A model generated the notes under the pieces. The model was given only the letters and a program-made list of their open reading frames with translations, ran no database searches and had not been told where the DNA came from. The position numbers and the translations under genes are program-made. Shown here in pieces: positions 10,871 to 21,219 of a stretch of DNA of 64,000 nucleotides (positions are counted from its first letter, which is position 1; every line of letters starts with the position of its first letter). Source of the DNA: an uncultured Eggerthella sp. (GTDB taxonomy: Bacteria; Actinomycetota; Coriobacteriia; Coriobacteriales; Eggerthellaceae); assembly GCA_900556585.1 (NCBI GenBank), contig USPD01000002.1:16909-80908 (forward strand), given 5' to 3'.

Positions 10871-11386
10871 AGCGCTCCTCTTTCTTGCATGTTTACTCAA
10901 ATATTAGAATTATCTTAGTGTTTCAAAGCTAGTATCCAGCTTTCGTTATTAATTTCAGCATACTTTATATACGGCGGTTTCCTAGCTGTAGCAACAAGAT
11001 TTGCAATAAGATTTCGGCGGCCAGCATAGCAGCTCGCATTCTTAAGGTGATTTTTCAATCAGTAAATCAGGTGGTGTTCTTAAATCTAAATTTACATACA
11101 CCCACATCAAGGGCATATTTGGGAAATAATCAACTACCGTTGACGGAGCCGTAAACGGTAGGCACCAAAAAGAATTTAACAAAAACCGTCCCTTCATAGC
11201 CTTCAAATAACCGCTAATCGACCAAGAAGAAAGATCAAGTTAAGTCTCATTAGTATGGATACGTTAAAAAATTGTAAGCCGCTTCATAAAGCGCTTAGAG
11301 AACGTTTCTAGCTTTCAATCATTCACTTTGCGCTTGATGAAAGGACTTACAAGTATACGTTTCCTAGTATTGAAAGAGAGTCGCTT

Positions 11387-13063
11387 ATGTTCCAAGCTGT
11401 GGTTGATCCTGTTGCGGGCAACCTTGCCCTTTCAGCATTAGTAGCATGTGTTCCACTTGTTGCATTCTTTATTATGCTGGTAGCGGTAAAGGCAAAAGCT
11501 CATGTTTCAGCAGCAGTTGCACTGCTCGTTGCATTCCTTGTTGCTGTTTTCGCTTTTCATATGCCTGCTCACCTTGCATTTCTTTCGGGTGTGCAAGGTG
11601 CATGTTATGGCGCCTTCCCTATCGTATTCATCATCATCATGGCGGTTTGGTTCTACGAAGTTACTTCCGTTTCAGGACGCGCTGAAGACTTCAAAAGCCT
11701 ATTCGACATTATTGGTGGCGGCGACATCCGCATCCAAGCAGTATTGATCGCATTCTGCTTCGGCGGTTTGCTTGAAGCACTTGCTGGTTTCGGTGCCCCT
11801 ATCGCAATTACCGCAACCATGATTTTGGCATTAGGCGTTAAACCAATGAAAGCCGCTCTTGCAGTTTTGATTGCAAACACTGCACCAGTTGCTTATGGTG
11901 CTGCTGGTACTCCTATTACCACCGCTGGTAACATGGTTGCCGCTGGTGACGCATCTGCCGCTCTTGAAACCGCGCAGCACGTAGCTGCTATCGTAGGTTA
12001 TCAGGCACCTTTATTCGCACTCTTTGTTCCACTGCTTGTTGTTATCATTCTTGACGGTCGCAAAGGTTTACGTGACTGCTGGCTGCATGCTTTGGTAATT
12101 GGTTTCTCATTCGCTATTGTTCAGTGGTGGTGCTCCAACCATTTCGCATACGAGTTGACCGACGTTTGTGCAGCGCTTGTTTCCTTAGGTGTAAGCGTTG
12201 TATTCCTGAAGTTCGTTAAGCCTCGCAACGTTGCTGAAGCACGTGAACGCTTTGGCATGGCTCCTCTGAATGAAACCGAAACCACCAAGCTTCCTGCTGT
12301 TCGCGCTTGGATGGCACTTGTTCCTTACATCATCGTTGTTGCAGTATTTGCAGTATGCAAACTTGCTATCCCAACTTTACTGGCAAGCACCGATATTAAA
12401 ATCCCATTCCCTGGTCTTGCAGGCAACGTACTAAATGCTGCAGGCTCGGATCCAGGAACTACGTACACGCTGAACTTGCTGTCAAATCCTGGCACTATGC
12501 TTTTCATTGCGGCAGTACTTACTACTATTGTTTATGCACTGTTCACCAATAAAGGCATGTTTAAGATTACCCTTGGATCTTCTTTCAAGCAGCTTGGCCA
12601 GACCTTCGTTGCTATGCGTTTTTCATCACTTACCATCGTTTTGGTATTAGGTCTTGCCTACATCATGAACTTCTCTGGTCAGACCATTTCTATTGGCCAG
12701 TTCCTAGCAAGCACAGGTGCGCTGTTCGCATTTATTTCCCCAATGCTTGGCTGGGTTGGTACCGCAGTTACTGGTTCTGACACATCCGCAAATGCTTTGT
12801 TCTCCAGCTTGCAATACGAAGCTGCTCAATCAAATGCATCCCTTGCGCATGTTACCCCAGACCTGTTCTTGGCATCGAACACCATGGGTGGCGTAATTGG
12901 CAAGATGATTTCGCCTCAATCTTTGGCTATCGCTGCTGTAACCACAGGCGAACACGAGTCAAACCTGTTCAAGAAGGTTATTCCTTGGAGTATCGGTATG
13001 CTGGTAGTTCTCTGCATAGTGGTATTCCTGGAATCCCACGCTTTATCTTTCATCCTTCCATAA
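11387..13063 (+). CDS. lctP: L-lactate permease
   Basis: FCFGGLLEALAGFGAP, IANTAPVAYG, TGSDTSANALF, GKMISPQS. Confidence 0.93.
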   Translation: MFQAVVDPVAGNLALSALVACVPLVAFFIMLVAVKAKAHVSAAVALLVAFLVAVFAFHMPAHLAFLSGVQGACYGAFPIVFIIIMAVWFYEVTSVSGRAEDFKSLFDIIGGGDIRIQAVLIAFCFGGLLEALAGFGAPIAITATMILALGVKPMKAALAVLIANTAPVAYGAAGTPITTAGNMVAAGDASAALETAQHVAAIVGYQAPLFALFVPLLVVIILDGRKGLRDCWLHALVIGFSFAIVQWWCSNHFAYELTDVCAALVSLGVSVVFLKFVKPRNVAEARERFGMAPLNETETTKLPAVRAWMALVPYIIVVAVFAVCKLAIPTLLASTDIKIPFPGLAGNVLNAAGSDPGTTYTLNLLSNPGTMLFIAAVLTTIVYALFTNKGMFKITLGSSFKQLGQTFVAMRFSSLTIVLVLGLAYIMNFSGQTISIGQFLASTGALFAFISPMLGWVGTAVTGSDTSANALFSSLQYEAAQSNASLAHVTPDLFLASNTMGGVIGKMISPQSLAIAAVTTGEHESNLFKKVIPWSIGMLVVLCIVVFLESHALSFILP

Positions 13064-13078
13064 GGGTGCCTTGCAAGC

Positions 13079-13109
13079 CCACTCTGTAAGGTTTCGCCTT
13101 ACAGAGTGG
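13079..13109 (+). terminator. Stem-loop just downstream of lactate permease
   Basis: ccactctgtaagg-tttcg-ccttacagagtgg perfect 13-bp stem, no U-tract. Confidence 0.55.
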
Positions 13110-13289
13110 CATACAGAGGGTAGCTCGTTGTAATGTGGCTCGTTGCAGCTCGTTAGCAGCAACAAAACAAAGCCAACAGGTCATTGGACTATCGGGTACC
13201 AAACCAACGAACTACCAAAAATGCAAAAGCTTAATAAGACTCAAAGCTTTGATTTTGAGTCCCAAGCCTCTACCGTAAGCTTTAAATTC

Positions 13290-13324
13290 AAGCCCTGTCG
13301 CAAATGAAAGCGACAGGGCTTTTT
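13290..13324 (+). terminator. Intrinsic terminator
   Basis: aagccctgtcgc / gcgacagggctt stem followed by T-run. Confidence 0.75.
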
Positions 13325-13468
13325 GATGAACGCAGGATTTATTGATGAAAGCACAAGTTTTTGATACGAGTTTCTTGATAAACACAAAGCCTATTGACGA
13401 AGGCAAGGGTTTTCGATTGAGGACAAAGCTTTTTGATAAAAGCACAAGTTTCTAGACAAACATCCAAG
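13320..13468. repeat. Degenerate ~19-20 bp tandem repeat (about 7 units)
   Basis: Recurrent ttttgataaaagcacaag-like units, e.g. attgatgaaagcacaagttt and ttttgataaaagcacaagttt. Confidence 0.6.
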
Positions 13469-13651
13469 AAGTGATCTGCAAAAAGACACGAAGTATATAT
13501 TCCTATTTTTCTGATGCTCCAATTGCTATAAACAGGCAATCTTAAAACGTAAAAATCCAACGATTATTTGTAGCGAACGAACAAATAACACCTGTCCGCA
13601 TAGCTTTATCCGAAAGCAGATATATACTTCATACCTTTTTGCAGATCACTT
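13469..13651. repeat. 183-bp palindromic element with 32-bp inverted arms
   Basis: 13469-13500 and 13620-13651 are reverse complements at 29/32 positions. Confidence 0.85.
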
Positions 13652-13754
13652 TGCCTAAAAACGGCAAATACTAGATTACAAACTTGCAAAACACAGTTAC
13701 GGTTCATAGGCCGATACGATAAATAGCTCTAGTGGCGATTACAGCAACGCAACA

Positions 13755-14663
13755 CTACTTTGTCCGAGCAAACGAAAACTGAGATACGCCCAAGCCTATA
13801 AGCGTTAGTGCAACACCAAACCATGCAAGAGGCGTAAGCTGTTCTGACAGAATTAACCATGAGGCAACCGCAGTAATAACAGGAATCAAATAAACATACA
13901 CACTTGTTGAAACTGCACCCAAACGCTTAACCGAGAAATTCCAAGTAACGAAACAGGCAGCCGAAGCGCCCAATCCAAGAAATACCAAATTACCTACATT
14001 GATAGGATTGCAGAAAGCACTAGCCTCAGGCGCAAACCCAAGCAAAGGCAGAACAGGAATCATAAATAAAATACCATATTCAAACACACGACGCGTTGCT
14101 TTTATTGTTGAAAGACCAAGCAGCGCAATACGCGTCATACATACCGAATAGCACGCCCATACTCCAGCCGCCAAAAGAGCAAGGGTATCCCCGGAAAAAC
14201 TAAAATGAAGACCTGTTTCAGAAAAGCTAATAAAGCCAATGCCTATCATGGCAACAACAAATCCGATAATGAATTGAATTGAAAGTTTATTGCCTTTGTT
14301 TACTATCCGCTCCAACAAGGCAGTAAAAAATGGAGACACTGAAACTATTACGCCAACATTAGTTGCCAATGTTTCAGTGAGCGCAATATTTTCCAGCAAA
14401 TAATAAAGAGTTACTCCGAATAAGCCCGCTAACACAAAAAGACGTTCGTGGCGCCACCCCATCCAACCAAGAACTTTAGGCGCAATAATGAATAGGGCTA
14501 CGAGTCCCATGACAAAACGAACAAACAGAATTTCAATGGGAGTGAAATCTTGCAGAAGGACTTTCGTCGACACAAACGTGGTGCCCCAAACAAGAATAGT
14601 GAATAGCGCGGCAATATGACCGACTGCCGTTTCATTTTTCGCTCTATACGCTAAATTCACCAC
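13755..14663 (-). CDS. DMT/EamA family transporter
   Basis: 10-TM two-repeat pattern, ILVWGTTFV, GDTLALLAAGVWACY. Confidence 0.9.
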   Translation of the reverse strand: MVNLAYRAKNETAVGHIAALFTILVWGTTFVSTKVLLQDFTPIEILFVRFVMGLVALFIIAPKVLGWMGWRHERLFVLAGLFGVTLYYLLENIALTETLATNVGVIVSVSPFFTALLERIVNKGNKLSIQFIIGFVVAMIGIGFISFSETGLHFSFSGDTLALLAAGVWACYSVCMTRIALLGLSTIKATRRVFEYGILFMIPVLPLLGFAPEASAFCNPINVGNLVFLGLGASAACFVTWNFSVKRLGAVSTSVYVYLIPVITAVASWLILSEQLTPLAWFGVALTLIGLGVSQFSFARTK

Positions 14664-14715
14664 TTTTTCCTTTTCTTGTCCCTGTTCATCTTCAACCTAA
14701 AATACACTACTACAT

Positions 14716-15582
14716 ATGAAACTGTTTTCGCTCAAACATATCACTCGTTTTATACCCGCTTTTGCGGGATTCGCTTTAGCGCTAGGTGCTATTGCGGCAG
14801 CAGCCCACGCACGCACAAAAGATGTCCACCTTGTAAAAACCGCATCAGGCACAGCGTGTATTCACACCGTAGAAGATAACGAGGGAAGCCCTATACGCGT
14901 GTTAGAACAACACGGCGCCTATGAATCGGCTACCTATTTAGATGAGCGGCGTTACATTCCCGTGTTTGCCTATCAACGCGCTTTTGATCATATATTCGAT
15001 GCAGATTTACCTGGCAATCAACTACTCATGATTGGCGGCGGAGGTTACGCGTGGCCAAAACATGTACTATCCACCATGCCAGAATATTTCTTAGATACTG
15101 TCGAATTCGACCAATCAATAACCAATATAGCTAAACGTTGGTTTTTCTTAGATCAGCTATTTGAAGACTATCCCAGAGCAGCTGAACAAGCGAGACTGAT
15201 TACCGCGGATGGCCGTCACTTCTTGGAAACAACCCACAAGCGTTATGCAGCAATAGTAAACGACACTTTCTCGGGAAAAGAACCCGTATTATCACTAGCG
15301 TCTCAAGAGGCAATGCTCCTCGTAAAAAAGCGACTCCTGCCAGGTGGCGTATACGCAGCTAATGTAGTAAGCGAATGCGAAGGTGAAGATGTCTCTTTTT
15401 TGCGCAGTGTTGTAACTACTGTACAAAGCGTTTTTGCATACGCGGATATTATTCCTTGTGATGATGCTGATTTTGGCTTGGAAGATAACTACTTGGTTAT
15501 CGCAAGCGATGCCCAATACTTGTTTTCGGACGCACTACCCTTTGACGATGATTTCTTAAGCAATGTTTTGCGCGATGCATAA
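14716..15582 (+). CDS. Spermidine-synthase-like class I SAM-dependent transferase
   Basis: LMIGGGGY, VEFD, DGRHFL, IVNDTF, LLPGGVYAAN. Confidence 0.75.
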   Translation: MKLFSLKHITRFIPAFAGFALALGAIAAAAHARTKDVHLVKTASGTACIHTVEDNEGSPIRVLEQHGAYESATYLDERRYIPVFAYQRAFDHIFDADLPGNQLLMIGGGGYAWPKHVLSTMPEYFLDTVEFDQSITNIAKRWFFLDQLFEDYPRAAEQARLITADGRHFLETTHKRYAAIVNDTFSGKEPVLSLASQEAMLLVKKRLLPGGVYAANVVSECEGEDVSFLRSVVTTVQSVFAYADIIPCDDADFGLEDNYLVIASDAQYLFSDALPFDDDFLSNVLRDA

Positions 15583-15679
15583 TGAACTTCTAAACAAGTA
15601 GGTGCAATACGTCCCTAAACATGCGACAATAACGCAAATCCACGTTTCAAAACGCAAATCATAAGAAAGGCTTGAAACC

Positions 15680-17359
15680 ATGGCAGAGTTTATTTACCAG
15701 ATGTATCAGGCTCGAAAAGCTCACGGCGATAAAGTAATTCTGGATGACGTTACTCTTTCCTTTTATCCAGGCGCGAAAATTGGCGTTGTGGGTCCAAATG
15801 GTATGGGTAAGTCTACCCTTCTTAAAGTGATGGCAGGACTCGAGGATGTTTCGGCAGGTGAAGCCCGCCTTACCCCTGGCTACACCGTTGGCATTCTGCA
15901 GCAGGAACCGCCGCTCGACGAAAATGCCACCGTTATAGAAAACATTCGCCAGGCATTTGCTGATATTTTGGCGAAAGTCGAACGATTCAACGCTATCGGT
16001 GCTGAAATGGCAGATCCAGATGCAGATTTCGACGCACTCATGGAAGAAATGGGCACTTTGCAAGTAGAAATTGACGCCGCAAACGGCTGGGACTTGGACA
16101 GCCAGCTATCCCAAGCAATGGATGCCCTACAATGTCCTGATCCCGATGCGCCTGTAAGCGTCCTATCAGGTGGCGAACGCAGGCGTGTTGCACTTTGCAA
16201 GCTTTTGCTTGAAGCGCCTGACCTGCTATTGCTTGACGAACCAACCAATCACTTAGATGCCGAATCAGTACTATGGCTTGAACAATTCTTGAAACGCTAC
16301 CAGGGTGCGGTGCTTGCAGTTACCCACGACCGTTATTTCCTAGACAACGTTGCCGAATGGATTTGCGAAGTAGATCGTGGCCACCTATATCCCTACAAAG
16401 GTAATTATTCAACATATCTGGAAACAAAAGCTGCGCGCTTAGAGGCACAAGGCCAGCAGCAGGCAAAACTCGCCAAACGCATGAAAAACGAGTTGGAATG
16501 GGTACGTTCAAGCCCTAAGGCACGCCAAGCTAAAAATAAAGCGCGTCTTGAACGCTACGAGCAGATGGAAGCAGAAGCACGCAACATCAAAACAGTTGAT
16601 GCAAATGAAATTCGTATTCCTGTTGGTCCTCGCCTTGGGTCAAAGGTGCTCGTTGCCGAACACCTTCATAAGGCATTTGGCGACCGCGTACTAATTGACG
16701 ATCTTTCTTTTACCCTTCCCCGCAACGGCATTGTTGGTGTGATTGGCCCTAACGGCGTTGGTAAATCCACCCTGTTCAAAATGATTGTCGGCAAAGAAGA
16801 AGTAACCAGCGGCACACTTGAACTGGGCGAAACAGTACAAATTTCTTATGTTGATCAAAATCGCGAAGGCCTTGATGACAAGAAAACCCTTTGGGAGGTT
16901 GTTTCTGATGGACTTGACTACATCAAAGTAGGAGATGCTGAAATTCCAAGCCGTGCCTATGTTGCTAATTTCGGTTTTAAGGGTTCTGACCAACAGAAAC
17001 CAGCTGGTGTACTTTCGGGTGGCGAACGCAACCGCTTGAACTTAGCCCTCACTTTAAAGCAAGGTGGTAACCTGTTGTTGTTGGACGAACCCACCAATGA
17101 CTTGGATGTGGAAACCCTCGAAAGCCTCGAAGAAGCACTGCTTGCTTTCCCGGGATGTGCGGTAATCACCAGCCACGACCGTATGTTCTTAGACCGTATT
17201 GCAACCCACATTTTGGCATGGGAAGGAACTGATGAAAATCCTGGTAATTGGTACTGGTTTGAAGGAAACTTTGAAGCGTATCAAAAGAACAAGATTGAAC
17301 GCTTAGGCGAAGAAGCTGCAAAACCGCATCGTATTCATCGCAAGCTTACCCGCGACTAA
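15680..17359 (+). CDS. ettA: Energy-dependent translational throttle protein (ABC-F)
   Basis: MAEFIYQM...FYPGAKIGVVGPNG, two NBDs, ELEWVRSSPKARQAK linker. Confidence 0.95.
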   Translation: MAEFIYQMYQARKAHGDKVILDDVTLSFYPGAKIGVVGPNGMGKSTLLKVMAGLEDVSAGEARLTPGYTVGILQQEPPLDENATVIENIRQAFADILAKVERFNAIGAEMADPDADFDALMEEMGTLQVEIDAANGWDLDSQLSQAMDALQCPDPDAPVSVLSGGERRRVALCKLLLEAPDLLLLDEPTNHLDAESVLWLEQFLKRYQGAVLAVTHDRYFLDNVAEWICEVDRGHLYPYKGNYSTYLETKAARLEAQGQQQAKLAKRMKNELEWVRSSPKARQAKNKARLERYEQMEAEARNIKTVDANEIRIPVGPRLGSKVLVAEHLHKAFGDRVLIDDLSFTLPRNGIVGVIGPNGVGKSTLFKMIVGKEEVTSGTLELGETVQISYVDQNREGLDDKKTLWEVVSDGLDYIKVGDAEIPSRAYVANFGFKGSDQQKPAGVLSGGERNRLNLALTLKQGGNLLLLDEPTNDLDVETLESLEEALLAFPGCAVITSHDRMFLDRIATHILAWEGTDENPGNWYWFEGNFEAYQKNKIERLGEEAAKPHRIHRKLTRD

Positions 17360-17427
17360 ACTTTTACAAACAGACAATAGGTTTTCGCCTATAAGCCTAG
17401 GTTTTGTTAAGCCACAAACAAGCACGT

Positions 17428-17456
17428 TAATGGGGATCGCGAAGCGGTCCCCATTA
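17428..17456. terminator. Terminator hairpin after ettA
   Basis: taatggggatcgc-gaa-gcggtccccatta. Confidence 0.7.
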
Positions 17457-17499
17457 TGTTTAAGCAGCAATCACTATATGAATTCAATGCAAAAACCAT

Positions 17500-17835
17500 G
17501 CCCTACCGCATTTGGCAACAACTTCGCCCGTATAGCCCCAACCAGGAAGCTCACGCGCAGCAAGTTGCCCACATATCACTTTTATATTCGGAAAACCTCT
17601 TTAAGAACGGTTAAACCACCTGCTTCATCACTTTCCATATGAGAAACAAACACATATTCCAAAGGCTGACCGCCAAGGATTTCTTTTATTTCAAGAACAA
17701 TAGATTCTACCTGCTGTTTTGTTCCAGAAGCAAATAAAAATGCAGGATGCTTGCCAGCAGGTATTAATGAATAGTGAATTCAATAGGCGGAATATACTGC
17801 GAAAACTGATATAGATTATGAGCAATTTCTTTCAT
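17500..17835 (-). pseudogene. Decayed MBL-fold metallo-hydrolase (FprA/ODP-like) gene
   Basis: AAGGAG RBS + ATG 17835; MKEIAHNLYQFSQYIPPIEFTIH then TAA (17764-17766); after a frameshift PAFLFASG...YVFVSHMESDEAGGL; second frameshift near 17592; truncated. Confidence 0.8.
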
Positions 17836-18055
17836 GCAAACTCCTTTAGTTAAGTTCGAATACCAGCCTAAAACTTGTTTTAAAGCAAAAACTACCCAGA
17901 GGAAAATAGCATGAGCATTTTGCAAGAAATCGATTTCCTTACAGATTGTCCACCTTTGTCCTATAACGTTAACAATCTAAGGTATTCTCAAGGCTACACA
18001 TTTTTAGAAGCATTAGTTAAGAGGGCACTCAAAAGCATCAAGCAGGATAAGCAGC

Positions 18056-18904
18056 ATGGAATTAAAGCATCACAAAACAGAACTTGGCACCATTACATAT
18101 TGGATATCCAGGGCGACCGAAAAAGCTACCGACACTTGGCTTATCTTTCTCCCAGGTCTAACAGCGGATCATACGCTATTTAACCGCCAACTAAGCCACT
18201 TTATGGAGAAGACCAACTGCTTAGTGTGGGATCCACCTGCTCATGGAAAATCGCGCCCATTTTCGTTGAAGTTCTCTATGGATGATTTAGCCACCATGTT
18301 GCTCGGCATCCTAAAGGTCGAAGAAATTACCAATCCTATTTTGATTGGTCAATCTATGGGTGGTTATGTTTCACAAGCATTTCTTTCGCTTTTTCCAGGA
18401 CGAGCAAAGGGATTCGTAAGCATAGATTCCGCGCCACTTGCACGGGCGTACTATCACAAATGGGAAATCACCGCGCTCAAGCACACTAAAGCAATGTATC
18501 AAGGAATTCCCTGGGGAATGCTCAAAAAAATGACTGCAAAAGGCTGCTCTACTACTTTGTATGGGCAAAATCTTATGCGAAAAATGATAGCAAGCTACAC
18601 CAAGAAGGAATTCTGTGAACTTGCTGCCCATGGATATAAAATCCTCGCTGATGCCATAGAGAAAACCGAAGTTGACGCAAGCACTAATCCCTTCGGCAGG
18701 CCAACCTGCCCCACGTTACTTTTATGGGGCGAACAGGATCAGGCCGCCATGGCGAAAAAATACAATCAACAATGGGCGCTAAGAACAGGACTTTCTTTTG
18801 TGGAAATTCCTCGTGCTGGGCACAATTCAAATACGGATGCCCCTAATGAGGTTAATAAACATATAGAAGTTTTTCTTGGAGAATTGAATCGAGTCCTACG
18901 TTAA
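18056..18904 (+). CDS. Alpha/beta hydrolase
   Basis: GQSMGG nucleophile elbow, WDPPAHGKS, GEQD, AGHNSN. Confidence 0.9.
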   Translation: MELKHHKTELGTITYWISRATEKATDTWLIFLPGLTADHTLFNRQLSHFMEKTNCLVWDPPAHGKSRPFSLKFSMDDLATMLLGILKVEEITNPILIGQSMGGYVSQAFLSLFPGRAKGFVSIDSAPLARAYYHKWEITALKHTKAMYQGIPWGMLKKMTAKGCSTTLYGQNLMRKMIASYTKKEFCELAAHGYKILADAIEKTEVDASTNPFGRPTCPTLLLWGEQDQAAMAKKYNQQWALRTGLSFVEIPRAGHNSNTDAPNEVNKHIEVFLGELNRVLR

Positions 18905-18939
18905 AGTCCTACGTTAAAATCCTGCAGTAACGTACGACG

Positions 18940-19776
18940 TTATTTGACGTGCAACACCAGATATTCATTCAAATTTCCCGTGCGACCATCGGCTCGAAAG
19001 CGAGCCACGCAATCAGCCTTGTTGGCAACGTCTTCAACAAGCGCATCAATTTCTGCATCTGAAAAACTATGGCAATAGCGATAAACACCTGGCGTGTTCT
19101 GCCAACCAATAAGATAATCGCCTTCATTGAATTCGGCTAGGTCTTGCGTATCCAAGAAACCCTGATTACTAAGGTATTCTTGTGCCTGTTCATGGGTAAC
19201 CTGAGCTTTTTTCGCCATGCTTTCGTTGTCCATAAACCGCCAGAAAGAAACCACCACATATCCACCTTGTGCAGTTGCACCTACAAGGCTTTGAAGCAAT
19301 GATGTTCGCCATTCAAGAAGCGGAATATGATGCATAAAACCAAACGAAACACTTAAGTCAACTGGGCAGATTTTATAAGCACTCAAACAACGTGCTAACC
19401 CGCTATCAAACTCCGATTTTGAGAGCTCTTGTATCACGTCACAATGAATATAGTTAACATCAGTACTTGCTCGCGCATCGGAAACTAGATCATCGCAAGA
19501 ATCCAGCGCAACTACCTTTAATGTTGTAGTTGGCAAGGATGTTGCCAAAAATTCTTCGAATCGCAAATTCCCACAGGCAACGTCCAACACAGAAAGCGTT
19601 TCACGCCCAGAATTATTTGTTCCAGAAAAAGCGTCCTCCGAATACTTTCCCATTTCCGCAAGACAGCGCTCCCAGCCAAGCCATTTCGCCTTACGTGTAT
19701 CAGAAAACGAGGTTGATTGACCGCGATAGAAATCGTTATTCAATTCACTGAGCTTTTGTGCAAGCGTTTCATTCAT
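18940..19776 (-). CDS. Class I SAM-dependent methyltransferase
   Basis: VLDVACGNLRF, FGFMHHIP; start at 19776 overlaps the upstream stop (TAATG). Confidence 0.82.
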   Translation of the reverse strand: MNETLAQKLSELNNDFYRGQSTSFSDTRKAKWLGWERCLAEMGKYSEDAFSGTNNSGRETLSVLDVACGNLRFEEFLATSLPTTTLKVVALDSCDDLVSDARASTDVNYIHCDVIQELSKSEFDSGLARCLSAYKICPVDLSVSFGFMHHIPLLEWRTSLLQSLVGATAQGGYVVVSFWRFMDNESMAKKAQVTHEQAQEYLSNQGFLDTQDLAEFNEGDYLIGWQNTPGVYRYCHSFSDAEIDALVEDVANKADCVARFRADGRTGNLNEYLVLHVK

Positions 19777-20492
19777 TACAAATCCTTCTTGTGCGAACCA
19801 TAATTGTAACTTTTTTTCCGCCCAGTAAGCATCCACTCAATCCCTAACGCACAACGTAGAGCACCATCCTGAAAATGATTACCTGGATTTAACTGAAAAA
19901 TTGTTTCAATTCCTTGTTTTTTAAAAAATACTTCTATTTCTTCCGTATTTTCCTGAACACGTTGCAAAATTTTGTTTCGAGTCTTACGCTCGCGACTTCC
20001 AAGCGAGAAGTATATGCAGTCAGGTTTATTTGTAAGCTCATGCGAAAAAACAAAGTTCTTGATCCCAGGAAACCACAACGAACCAGAAACGCTAGCAATC
20101 CGAGAAAAGACGGTTGTTTGATACATTACATACAGCGCAAATAAACCAGCTAAAGAATAGCCTGCAATACCACGCCATGAAGGATTCCCTACTATTGCCT
20201 TCTCCGCTTCAGGCAAAATATCATTTAATAGCATTTGTAAATATTCGTTAGCACCACCGGTATACGGGTCATCATTTTTCATGACAGGCGGAACGTCCCA
20301 TGGAACCATATCGTGATTCCACTTAAGATTGCTTATTTCTACTAACGAAAACTCTTCTCGGACAGATGCATTGACTTGCTGAAGGACTTGGTCACCTTCA
20401 TGGTTAAAGGTGTTTAAGTAAATCACTGGCTTATTCGGCTTCGCACTTGGAAACACCTTTATTGATTTTTGACCCATTGTGAAAGAAACCAT
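19776..20492 (-). CDS. Alpha/beta hydrolase-fold putative esterase
   Basis: AGYSLAGLFA, SVSGSLWF, PGNHF. Confidence 0.82.
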   Translation of the reverse strand: MVSFTMGQKSIKVFPSAKPNKPVIYLNTFNHEGDQVLQQVNASVREEFSLVEISNLKWNHDMVPWDVPPVMKNDDPYTGGANEYLQMLLNDILPEAEKAIVGNPSWRGIAGYSLAGLFALYVMYQTTVFSRIASVSGSLWFPGIKNFVFSHELTNKPDCIYFSLGSRERKTRNKILQRVQENTEEIEVFFKKQGIETIFQLNPGNHFQDGALRCALGIEWMLTGRKKSYNYGSHKKDL

Positions 20493-20501
20493 CTAGTATC
20501 A

Positions 20502-21029
20502 TCACCTTTTCAATGTTTCCTTAACGCATGGTTCGTCTTTTGACTTAGCGAACAACACACGCGGTTGTTCTTCGGAGTCGTTAGCATTCATTGCACCAGT
20601 ATCAGCCATACCCGCCGATCGACGCAGCAAAGCTTCAACACGCGCCGAAAGTTCATCCAAGTCAAAAGGCTTAACCAAGTAGTCATCAGCGCCCATCCGT
20701 AAAAGAGCAACTCTATCAACCACCTGAGCTTTTGCCGACGTTACCAAAATCGGAACAGTGCTTTTGAAACGAATAAGTGCAACCACCTCTTCGCCTGGTA
20801 GACCAGGCAACATCAAGTCACATATTGCCAGATCAAACGTCAATCCCTGTTCTATTAGCATACGAGCTTCTGTTCCCGAATAAGCAGGATGACATTCATA
20901 CCCTTCTTCAGAAAGCGTTGAATATACAATATCGCTGATAGAAGCATCATCTTCTACGATCAATATTTTCTTGGGCTGTTTATTCTCATTGATGGTCTCA
21001 TGCTGATTATTTTAATCCATAGCATTCAT
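20502..21029 (-). pseudogene. OmpR-family response regulator remnant (receiver domain only)
   Basis: ILIVEDD...DLMLPG...GADDYLVKPF intact; in-frame TAA at 21012-21014 after MNAMD; no winged-helix domain; no adjacent kinase. Confidence 0.75.
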
Positions 21030-21168
21030 TTCTGGTCCATTCAACACAGTAGATGGGCTCGTGAAAGAACTAAACAAGGATTGGTTCATGTTTACGATTA
21101 AGTTCACTTCAACATTCAAAAAAGATTACAAATTAATTAAGCAACAAGGAAAATATGCTCAGGATAAT

Positions 21169-21196
21169 AAAAGCGCCTCGTGTAATACGAGGCGCT
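21169..21196 (-). terminator. purL terminator
   Basis: agcgcctcgt / acgaggcgct stem with minus-strand U-tract. Confidence 0.75.
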
Positions 21197-21219
21197 AGAC
21201 AAACAGATCGACTATATCC

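Noticed and set aside
13212..13560. Short minus-strand ORFs (77 and 73 aa)
   Set aside because: They run through tandem repeats, a terminator and an inverted-repeat arm, with no RBS or recognisable domain
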